From assembly GCA_900617105.1 (NCBI GenBank), contig UYFQ01000001.1:1860001-1924000 (forward strand): a stretch of DNA of 64,000 bases, in the 5' to 3' direction. Position numbers and translations under genes: made by a program. Positions 1-8,049 of the stretch are shown here, piece after piece. A model generated the notes under the pieces. The model ran no database searches. It was not told the DNA's origin and saw only the letters and a program-made list of their open reading frames with translations. Positions within the stretch are counted from its first letter, which is position 1. Every line of letters starts with the position of its first letter. This DNA comes from Hydrurus foetidus. Lineage: Eukaryota.

Positions 1-865
1 CGTACAGCTCGTTCCCCAGTGCGCCGCCAAAGGTGAGGTTGCCCACTTTTTCTGGCACTTTGATGACCGCCAGCTTGGTGCCATCGGCATGAAAAACCTG
101 AACACTGTCGGCGCTGCTGGTGTAGACAAAGCCATGCTGGTCGACTTTGAAACCATCGGCCAAGCCTGGCTCAATTACTGCAAAAATTCTTGGGTTGACT
201 AAACGTTGGTCGTCCAGCACATCAAAGGCCACGATGTGGTGGTTACCACTGCTGTCAGATCGCAATGCTGCCGAGGTGTCAGACACATACAGCACCGATT
301 CGTCAGGTGAAAAGGCCAAGCCATTGGGCTCTTCCAGAAAATCGCTGGCAATAAGCAATTCGCCTGTTGCGGGGTTGAACTTGAAAACGTAATTCGCGCC
401 TAACTCGGGCTTGGCAATGTGGCCTTCACGATCCGACAAGATGCCGTAAGGGGGGTCGGTAAACCAGATCGTGCCATCGTGCTTGATCACGATGTCGTTG
501 GGCGAATTCAGTCGTTTGCCATTGTAGTGACTGACCACTACCTCGTCAGCCTCTGGCTCTAGCTCTGGGCCAAAACGCGTGCGCACAATCGCCCGCTGCC
601 CGTGAGAGCAATGCAACAATGCGCCGCCGCGTTCTCGTGCATGGCCGTTGGTAAAGTCAATCTGATCGCGCCACACTGTCATGCCCGCATCGGCATGCCA
701 GCGCAGCATGCGGTTGTTCGGAATGTCGCTCCACAGCAAACTGTTGTCCTCACGCATCCATACGGGACCTTCACTCCACACCGCACCCGTGCACAACCGC
801 AGCAAGCTTGTCGCGCCTTCAGCGACAGGCGCAAACCTGGGGTCGAGTACGGTGATGGATGTCAC
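1..865 (-). CDS. SMP-30/gluconolactonase family protein (3' end runs off the window)
   Basis: Translated by hand from GTG at 865, which overlaps the upstream stop. Motifs WSEGPVW, LWSDIPNNRMLRW, RLNSPNDIV, WFTDPPYG, PNGLAFSPDESVLYVSDT. Confidence 0.9.
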   Translation of the reverse strand, partial: MTSITVLDPRFAPVAEGATSLLRLCTGAVWSEGPVWMREDNSLLWSDIPNNRMLRWHADAGMTVWRDQIDFTNGHARERGGALLHCSHGQRAIVRTRFGPELEPEADEVVVSHYNGKRLNSPNDIVIKHDGTIWFTDPPYGILSDREGHIAKPELGANYVFKFNPATGELLIASDFLEEPNGLAFSPDESVLYVSDTSAALRSDSSGNHHIVAFDVLDDQRLVNPRIFAVIEPGLADGFKVDQHGFVYTSSADSVQVFHADGTKLAVIKVPEKVGNLTFGGALGNELY

Positions 866-1800
866 ACCATGCACTCTGGCACGGGGGTAAGCAAGGGCTG
901 CCCATCAAAGCAGGCACGCAGGTTGGCCACGGCAAGATCAGCCATCGCACTGCGGGTATGCGCAGTGGCGCTGCCAATATGCGGCGTCAGCACAACATGC
1001 GGCATCGCCCGCAAGCGCTCAGGCACCGCTGGCTCGCTTTCGAAGACATCCAGCCCGGCGCCTGCGATTACCCCATTTTCAAGTGCTTCAATCAAAGCAG
1101 ATTCATCGACCACCGAGCCGCGCGCCACGTTGATCAAAATACCTTTTTTGCCCAGCGCAGTCAACACCGGTGCATCGATCATTTTTAACGTGCTGGCGCC
1201 ACCCGGGGTAATAATGACCAAAAAATCAACTTCTTCAGCCAGCGCCAAACTGGTCGGCAGGTAGCGATACGCAACGTCCTTGGGGCTGCGAGAGGTGTAG
1301 GCGATAGACATGCCAAATGCCTGCGCGCGGTGCGCAATAGCTTGACCGATTCGGCCCATACCCACAATGCCAACACGCGCGCCAGACATTTTTCGCGCTA
1401 ACGGCATGGGGCCGCTCGGCCAACTGCCGGCGCGCACGTACCGGTCAGCCGCACACAGCTGGCGCGATGTGGCAACCATCAGGCCCAATGCCAGGTCGGC
1501 CACGTCGTCGTTCAAAACATTGGGCGTATGCGTCACCATAATGCCTTTTGACTTGGCAGCAGCAACGTCAATGCCGTCATAGCCCACACCCATTACCGAA
1601 ATTAATTTAAGCGCCGGCAAACGTTCCATCAGGTCGGCGCGCAGCACTGTTTCGCCCTGCGCCGCAACGGCTTGAATCGTGGGGGCAAGTTTGGCAAACT
1701 CAGCGCCGTCCAGGTCAATTGGCCGGTCGTGCATGACAAACTGGGCGGCCAGTTTTTCAAAGTAAAGTGGAGCAAGTTTAGCGGCGGCCAGCACATTCAT
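862..1800 (-). CDS. D-isomer-specific 2-hydroxyacid dehydrogenase (glyoxylate/2-ketogluconate reductase-like)
   Basis: GVGYDGID, GIVGMGRIG, INVARGSVVDE, GLDVFESEP, TPHIGSAT. Confidence 0.92.
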   Translation of the reverse strand: MNVLAAAKLAPLYFEKLAAQFVMHDRPIDLDGAEFAKLAPTIQAVAAQGETVLRADLMERLPALKLISVMGVGYDGIDVAAAKSKGIMVTHTPNVLNDDVADLALGLMVATSRQLCAADRYVRAGSWPSGPMPLARKMSGARVGIVGMGRIGQAIAHRAQAFGMSIAYTSRSPKDVAYRYLPTSLALAEEVDFLVIITPGGASTLKMIDAPVLTALGKKGILINVARGSVVDESALIEALENGVIAGAGLDVFESEPAVPERLRAMPHVVLTPHIGSATAHTRSAMADLAVANLRACFDGQPLLTPVPECMV

Positions 1801-1993
1801 AGTAGACAGAAAACTCTCCTAAAGGTCATATGATTGACTATCATTCATCATATGATAGCGGTCAAATTCTCTGTAAAAATCAGGACAAACGCTTACCTGA
1901 GCGGACAAGAAAACCCTGATTGCCCGTCGTTAAAACTTTAGCGGTAATTCAACGGTCAATTATTTTTAAACACCTCATCAACAAGGCACAAAT

Positions 1994-2749
1994 ATGAATT
2001 CTCGAAAAACCGCGCTGGTAACGGGCGCAGGCAGCGGAATCGGCTTGGGCTGCGCAACCGCGCTGCTGCAAGCGGGCTGGCAAGTGGTGTTTACTGGACG
2101 CCGACTGGACGTGCTGCAAGCGGCAATTGCCGGTGCTGGCGATGCAGGTCAGCATGGGGTCGCTATCGCCTGCGATGTTTCAAAAGAGGAATCGGTGGCC
2201 GATTTGTTCAAAGCTATTTCAGCGCGTTTTGGCCGCCTTGACTTGCTCTTTAACAATGCAGGCATATCGGTACCCGCAACACCACCTGATGAATTGTCGG
2301 CATCTGCGTGGCGAGCAGCCGTTGACGTGAATTTGAATGGCGCGTTTTTCTGCCTGAGCGAAGCTTTCAAGCTGATGCGCGCGCAGACGCCACAAGGCGG
2401 CCGCATCATCAACAACGGTTCCATTTCGGCGCACGCGCCGCGGCCGGGCTCTATTGCCTACACGGCAACCAAGCACGCCATCACTGGCCTAACGCGATCA
2501 GCCGCTCTAGACGGCCGGGCTTTCAGCATCGCCGTAGGGCAAATTGACATCGGCAATGTAGCCAGCGACATGACCGAGAAAATGGCCAAAGGCGTGCCGC
2601 AGGCCGACGGCAGCATCAAGCCTGAGCCGCGCATGGAGTTGTCTGCGGTGACGGACACGTTCATGGCCATGGCCAGCCTGCCTTTGTCGGCGAATGTGTT
2701 GTTTGCGACGGTAATGGCCACCAACATGCCCTTTGTTGGGCGGGGTTAA
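1994..2749 (+). CDS. SDR family oxidoreductase
   Basis: TGAGSGIG, NNAG, YTATK (YxxxK). Confidence 0.92.
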   Translation: MNSRKTALVTGAGSGIGLGCATALLQAGWQVVFTGRRLDVLQAAIAGAGDAGQHGVAIACDVSKEESVADLFKAISARFGRLDLLFNNAGISVPATPPDELSASAWRAAVDVNLNGAFFCLSEAFKLMRAQTPQGGRIINNGSISAHAPRPGSIAYTATKHAITGLTRSAALDGRAFSIAVGQIDIGNVASDMTEKMAKGVPQADGSIKPEPRMELSAVTDTFMAMASLPLSANVLFATVMATNMPFVGRG

Positions 2750-2792
2750 CTGACCTTACTGCGGGGGAGCAAGCACCGCTTTGGGCAGACGC

Positions 2793-3848
2793 TTAGACTT
2801 CAGCGCTGCTCAATGCCGTAAAGTCAATCTGCACCTTCATGGCGCGGCTTTTGTCGCCAGCCAATGCAAACGCTTCTGTAGCCTGGTTGAAAGCCACGGT
2901 GTGCGAAATGACCGCTTCGCCGTCGATCAAGCCGCTGTTTAAAAAGCTAACTGCCACCGCGAACTCAGGATGAAAGCGGAACGTTCCGCGCAGCTCAATT
3001 TCTTTGGCGACCAGCATATTGAGCGGCAGCGTGACGTCGCCGCCCAAGCCGACAGACACCAGCACACCGCGCGGCGCCATCACTTCCAGCCCCGCTCGCA
3101 GCGCTTTTTCGGTGCCTGATGCCTCAAACATCACGTCAAACTGCCCTTTGTCTGCTGCGTAAGGTGCCAATCCATCAGGCTGGGTAGCTAAATTGATGAT
3201 TTCATCTGCACCCATTTTTTTGGCGCAAGCCAGCGGTAAATCGGCAATATCCACCGCCACAATCCGCGCTGCGCCAGCGCGCCTCAAACCTGCTATCAAC
3301 AGAGAGCCAATCGGGCCACAACCCGTCACCAACACCTGCTTGCCAAACACCCCCCCCGCGCGGTTAATGGCGTGCAGCCCCACTGACAGTGGCTCGGCCA
3401 GCGCCGCGTGAGACAGGCTTAGAGAATCAGCAATTAAATGCGCTTGAGACGCATCAATAATCAGTTGCTCGCGAAAGGCACCTTGGATGTGCGGAAACGG
3501 CATGGCACTGCCGTAAAAGCGCATATGCAGGCAATGGTTAGGCGCGCCACTATGACAAAACTTGCACTGCCCGCACGGACGCGATGGAGAAATAGCAATG
3601 CGCTGGCCCACCGCAAAGCCGTTGACCTCAACGCCCACAGCATCAATGGTGCCGGAGACTTCGTGCCCGAGCGCCATCGGCTCTCTAAGCCTGACGGTGC
3701 CAAAACCGCCGTGCTGAAAGTAATGTAAATCTGACCCGCAAATACCGCCGTACGCCACCCGAACCCTCAGCTCTTTAGCGCCTAATTCACTGGCAGGGGC
3801 TTCATCGAGGCGCAAGTCGTGGGGAGCGTGGCAAACCAAAGCGCGCAT
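2793..3848 (-). CDS. idnD: L-idonate 5-dehydrogenase (Zn-dependent)
   Basis: GICGSDLHY, LGHEVSG, MRFYGSAMPFPHIQGAF, GTFRF; adjacent to a gluconate 5-dehydrogenase. Start chosen for the GAGGA RBS. Confidence 0.88.
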   Translation of the reverse strand: MRALVCHAPHDLRLDEAPASELGAKELRVRVAYGGICGSDLHYFQHGGFGTVRLREPMALGHEVSGTIDAVGVEVNGFAVGQRIAISPSRPCGQCKFCHSGAPNHCLHMRFYGSAMPFPHIQGAFREQLIIDASQAHLIADSLSLSHAALAEPLSVGLHAINRAGGVFGKQVLVTGCGPIGSLLIAGLRRAGAARIVAVDIADLPLACAKKMGADEIINLATQPDGLAPYAADKGQFDVMFEASGTEKALRAGLEVMAPRGVLVSVGLGGDVTLPLNMLVAKEIELRGTFRFHPEFAVAVSFLNSGLIDGEAVISHTVAFNQATEAFALAGDKSRAMKVQIDFTALSSAEV

Positions 3849-3877
3849 AGCAGTCCTCAAAAATCAAGTCAATTAAA

Positions 3878-4648
3878 TTAAAGCGTGGCGGTAACGCCGC
3901 CGTCAACATACAAAATATGGCCGTTCATAAAGCTCGACGCTTTGCTGGCCAAAAATACGGCTGCGCCAACCAATTCGTCGACCTCGCCCCAGCGCCGGGT
4001 AGGGGTTCGGCTGATCAGCCAAGCGCTGAATTTTTCATCAGCCACCAACTTGTCGTTCAGCTCGGTTTTAAAGTAACCCGGGCCCAAGCCGTTAACTTGC
4101 AAGCCGTGCGGGCCCCAGTCAATCGCCATGCCTTTGGTTAACATTTTTACAGCGCCTTTGCTGGCCATGTAGGGCGCGATGGCGGGGCGACCCAGCTCGC
4201 TTTGCACTGAACAAATGTTAATTATCTTGCCCGCCTTGCGCACGATCATTGCCTTGGCGACTGCTTGGCCAACAAGAAAGACGCTGTCAAGATTGGTTTG
4301 CATCAGCTGGTGCCAATGCTCGGTAGTGAAGTCTTCGAGCGGCCCGCGGCGCTGCATGCCGGCGTTGTTGATCAGAATGTCTAGTGGGCCAATGGTGCTT
4401 TCAATGTCTTCAACTGCCGCTTTTACGGCAGCGGCATTGGTGACGTCAAAGCCGCGAGCGTGCGCCTTGTAGCCTTCGTTTTGCAGCAACGCGCTTGCCG
4501 CTGACAGCTTGGCTTCGTCGCGCCCGTTAAGCACCACTGTCGCGCCCGCTTGGCACAGCCCACGCGCCAGTGCAAGGCCAATTCCCCCTGAGGAGCCCGT
4601 GATCAAAGCCAAACGGTTATCAAGCTGAAACAAGTCGGGCAGTGGCAT
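3878..4648 (-). CDS. idnO: Gluconate 5-dehydrogenase (SDR)
   Basis: NICSVQSELGRP, GPGYFKTEL, RTPTRRWG, LYVDGG. Confidence 0.88.
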   Translation of the reverse strand: MPLPDLFQLDNRLALITGSSGGIGLALARGLCQAGATVVLNGRDEAKLSAASALLQNEGYKAHARGFDVTNAAAVKAAVEDIESTIGPLDILINNAGMQRRGPLEDFTTEHWHQLMQTNLDSVFLVGQAVAKAMIVRKAGKIINICSVQSELGRPAIAPYMASKGAVKMLTKGMAIDWGPHGLQVNGLGPGYFKTELNDKLVADEKFSAWLISRTPTRRWGEVDELVGAAVFLASKASSFMNGHILYVDGGVTATL

Positions 4649-4845
4649 TTCTATTAGCTCTAAAAGGACAAAACAAGGCGGCGAGCCTTTAGTAAGCGGT
4701 CAATTTTCCAGCTCAATCATACTATGATAAGACTCCGTTGAGCGCTACCATGACGTTCTTAAAGGCCTGTAAAGCGCACGCACCAGGCTGAAGTTTCCCC
4801 TGAAAAAAACATCATTGCGGCGCAAGTTAAACCGACGCCAATTAC

Positions 4846-4862
4846 CGCTCCACTTTGGTGCG
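4846..4862. promoter_or_regulatory. NtrC-like enhancer site
   Basis: CGCTCCACTTTGGTGCG resembles TGCACCA-N3-TGGTGCA; lies upstream of the sigma54 promoter of nirB. Confidence 0.5.
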
Positions 4863-4889
4863 CGATGTCTTTTATATGTCCAGTATCAG

Positions 4890-4905
4890 TGGCACGTTGC
4901 TTGCA
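4890..4905 (+). promoter_or_regulatory. Sigma54 (-24/-12) promoter of nirB
   Basis: TGGCACGTTGCTTGCA matches TGGCACG-N4-TTGC with GG-N10-GC spacing. Confidence 0.85.
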
Positions 4906-4936
4906 GGCTAACCAAGCATTATTTTGGGCAGGTGCA

Positions 4937-7381
4937 ATGAAAAAATCGAAATTGGTGATGGTAGGCAACGGTATGGCGGGTGTGCGTACGCTGGAGGAGT
5001 TGATCAAGATTGCCCCGGAGCTTTACGACATTACCGTTTTTGGTGCGGAGCCGCACCCCAACTACAACCGAATTTTGCTAAGCCCGGTGTTGGCTGGGGA
5101 GCAAACGCTTGACGAAATCGTCCTCAACAGCTGGGACTGGTACAAAGAAAACCACATCACGCTGCATGCAGGCAAAAAAGTGGTGGAGGTTGACCGCGTC
5201 AAGCGCATCGTGCGGGCTGACGACGGCAATGGCGGACACATTGGGGTGGAATATGACCGCCTGCTGATGTGCACCGGGTCTAACCCGTTCATTTTGCCCA
5301 TCCCTGGCAAGGACCTCGATGGCGTGATTGCTTACCGAGACATTGCTGACACCAACGCGATGATTGACGCATCGAATAAATACAAAAGAGCTGTTGTGAT
5401 TGGTGGCGGCCTGCTCGGCCTGGAAGCCGCCAACGGCTTGATGCTGCGCGGCATGGACGTGAGTGTGGTGCACGTGATGCCAACGCTGATGGAACGCCAG
5501 CTTGACAGCGTGGCTGGCGGGCTGCTGCAAAAGTCGCTTGAGGCGCGTGGCCTGAAGTTTTTAATGGGTGCGCAGACCCAAGAGCTGGTCGGTAACTCAG
5601 ACGGGCGCGTAGCGTCGATCAAATTCAAAGACGGCACAGAGCTGGCCACCGACTTGGTGGTGATGGCCGTTGGCATTCGGCCCAACACCGCGCTGGCCGA
5701 GTCCATGCGCATCCACTGCAACAAAGGCATTGTGGTCAACGACACCATGCAAACCACCACCGACGCACGCATTTACAGCGTGGGCGAATGCGCGGCGCAC
5801 CGGGGCATTGCTTACGGGCTGGTGGCACCGCTGTTTGAGCAGGCCAAAGTCGCGGCCAACCACTTGGCGCAATTCGGCATTGGACGCTACACCGGCTCGC
5901 TGACGTCAACCAAGCTGAAGGTAACGGGTATTGACTTGTTCAGCGCAGGTGAATTCATGGGCAGCGAAGGGAGCGAAGAAATCATCATGAGCGACCCGTT
6001 TGGCGGCGTGTACAAAAAGCTGGTGATCAAAGACGACAAACTGATTGGCGCGTGTTTGTATGGCGACACCGTCGATGGCAGCTATTACTTCAAACTGCTG
6101 CGCGACGGCCGCAGCGTGGCCGACATCCGCGACAAATTGATGTTTGGCGAATCCAGCATTGGCGACGTTGGCCATGAAGGCCACACCAAAGCAGCCACCA
6201 TGCCCGACACAGCTGAGGTGTGCGGCTGCAACGGCGTGACCAAAGGCACTATTTGCAAAGCCATTCGTGAAAAAGGTTTGTTCACTTTGGACGAGGTGCG
6301 CAAACACACCAAAGCCAGCGGCGGCTGCGGCTCATGCACAGGGTTGGTCGAGCAGATTTTGATGTTCACTGCGGGCGGCGATTACTCAGCCACCCCTAAA
6401 CTTAAAGCCATGTGCAGTTGCACCGACCACGGCCACCAGGCAGTGCGTGACGCCATTCGGGCCAACAAGCTGCTCACCATTGGCGAAGTGTATAAATTCA
6501 TGGACTGGAAAACACCCAACGGCTGCGCCAGCTGCCGCCCGGCCATCAATTTTTACGTCACCAGCACTTGGCCGAAAGAAGCCAAAGACGACCCGCAAAG
6601 CCGCTTCATCAACGAGCGCAGCCACGCCAATATTCAAAAAGACGGCACCTACAGCGTGATTCCACGCATGTGGGGCGGCGAGACCAATTCAAGCGAGCTG
6701 CGCCGCATTGCAGATGCGGTGGACAAATACAAAATCCCGACGGTAAAAGTTACTGGCGGCCAGCGCATCGACTTACTAGGCGTAAAAAAAGAAGACTTGG
6801 TCAATGTATGGAAAGACATCGGCATGCCTTCAGGCCACGCCTATGCCAAAGCGCTGCGCACCGTTAAAACCTGTGTAGGCAGCGAATGGTGCCGAATGGG
6901 CACGCAAGACTCGACCCAAATGGGCAAAGACTTAGAGCGCGCCATGTGGCGCATGTACGCACCGCACAAGGTCAAGTTTGCAGTCAGCGGCTGCCCACGC
7001 AACTGCGCGGAGGCGGGCATCAAAGACGTTGGCGTGATTGGCGTGGACAGCGGCTGGGAGATGTACATCGCTGGCAACGGCGGCATCAAAACCGAAGTAG
7101 CGCATTTCTTCGTAAAAGTGAAAACGCCTGCCGAAGTGCTGGAATACACCGGCGCATTTTGCGAGCTGTACCGCCAAGAAGGCTGGTACCTGGAGCGCAC
7201 CGTGCACTACGTAAACCGCGTGGGCCTGGACTATGTGAAGAAAAAAATCCTCGAAGACCATGAAGGCCGCAAAGCCCTGTGGGAGCGCCTGCAGTTTGCG
7301 CTCGACGGCGAGCCTGACCCATGGTTCGACTTCAAAGACGCTGCGGTTGATACCCGGCAATTTAACGCCCTGGAAGCGTAA
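4937..7381 (+). CDS. nirB: Assimilatory nitrite reductase large subunit
   Basis: FAD motif VGNGMAG, BFD-like CGCNG...CGSC, siroheme/Fe-S motifs KTCVGSEWC and SGCPRNC. Start moved to ATG 4937, downstream of the sigma54 promoter. Confidence 0.96.
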   Translation: MKKSKLVMVGNGMAGVRTLEELIKIAPELYDITVFGAEPHPNYNRILLSPVLAGEQTLDEIVLNSWDWYKENHITLHAGKKVVEVDRVKRIVRADDGNGGHIGVEYDRLLMCTGSNPFILPIPGKDLDGVIAYRDIADTNAMIDASNKYKRAVVIGGGLLGLEAANGLMLRGMDVSVVHVMPTLMERQLDSVAGGLLQKSLEARGLKFLMGAQTQELVGNSDGRVASIKFKDGTELATDLVVMAVGIRPNTALAESMRIHCNKGIVVNDTMQTTTDARIYSVGECAAHRGIAYGLVAPLFEQAKVAANHLAQFGIGRYTGSLTSTKLKVTGIDLFSAGEFMGSEGSEEIIMSDPFGGVYKKLVIKDDKLIGACLYGDTVDGSYYFKLLRDGRSVADIRDKLMFGESSIGDVGHEGHTKAATMPDTAEVCGCNGVTKGTICKAIREKGLFTLDEVRKHTKASGGCGSCTGLVEQILMFTAGGDYSATPKLKAMCSCTDHGHQAVRDAIRANKLLTIGEVYKFMDWKTPNGCASCRPAINFYVTSTWPKEAKDDPQSRFINERSHANIQKDGTYSVIPRMWGGETNSSELRRIADAVDKYKIPTVKVTGGQRIDLLGVKKEDLVNVWKDIGMPSGHAYAKALRTVKTCVGSEWCRMGTQDSTQMGKDLERAMWRMYAPHKVKFAVSGCPRNCAEAGIKDVGVIGVDSGWEMYIAGNGGIKTEVAHFFVKVKTPAEVLEYTGAFCELYRQEGWYLERTVHYVNRVGLDYVKKKILEDHEGRKALWERLQFALDGEPDPWFDFKDAAVDTRQFNALEA

Positions 7382-7446
7382 ATCAGCATAAATTGAACGT
7401 TTTAACCAATAAATACGGGCGCGATCAGCTCCTGAATACATAGCAA
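7381..7446 (-). repeat. Two-hairpin dispersed repeat, copy 1 of 16
   Basis: Reverse complement TTGCTATGTATTCAGGAGCTGATCGCGCCCGTATTTATTGGTTAAAACG. Other copies at about 13161, 19599, 20062, 22190, 23885, 25350, 26728, 35227, 39290, 42470, 43082, 52961, 59003, 60756 and 63120. Confidence 0.85.
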
Positions 7447-7460
7447 GATAAAGACCCCCA

Positions 7461-7871
7461 ATGACCGAATGGAAAAAAATCTGCCTGGTTGACGAGATCC
7501 CAGTGCTGGGCTCACGCCGCGTGTCACGCGCCCAAGGCATTGATGTCGCTGTATTTCGCAACGATGTAGATGGTGTGTTTGCGCTGCTAGACCGTTGTCC
7601 GCACAAAGGCGGGCCGCTCAGCCAGGGGATCATTTTTGGTGAAAGCGTAGCCTGCCCCCTGCACAACTGGACGATTGACTTGAACGGCGGCTGCGCGAAG
7701 GCACCTGACGAAGGCTGCACGCCGAAGTTTGCGGTGAAGATTGAGGGTGGCGCGGTGCATCTTGATGCTCAAGAACTGGCGACGCTGGCGCTTGATCTAG
7801 AACGCCCGACCGCTGGCCCAAAACTTTTGTCCCCTACCCTCATGTCCCCTCTCCCCCTGGGAGAGGGCTAG
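7461..7871 (+). CDS. nirD: Nitrite reductase small subunit (Rieske)
   Basis: CPHKGGPLSQG, VACPLHNW. Confidence 0.95.
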   Translation: MTEWKKICLVDEIPVLGSRRVSRAQGIDVAVFRNDVDGVFALLDRCPHKGGPLSQGIIFGESVACPLHNWTIDLNGGCAKAPDEGCTPKFAVKIEGGAVHLDAQELATLALDLERPTAGPKLLSPTLMSPLPLGEG

Positions 7872-7943
7872 GGTGAGGGCCAGCGCATGAGCTTGGCTAA
7901 CTTGGGGCGCCCTCACCCCGGCCCTCTCCCAGAGGGAGAGGGA
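7846..7943. repeat. GC-rich palindromic element (CCCTCTCCC...GGGTGAGGG family)
   Basis: Arms 7846-7880 and 7909-7943 are near reverse complements. Related copies at 9538-9677 and 42553-42673. Confidence 0.85.
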
Positions 7944-8049
7944 GTAAGGACCACTAAATCAACCTGCCCCTGCTGTTGTGCAGGCTGCGGCCTAGCGCAC
8001 GCGCGGCCCGCTTAACGGTTTTATGTCACGCCGCAGCCTGTCCGAATTC

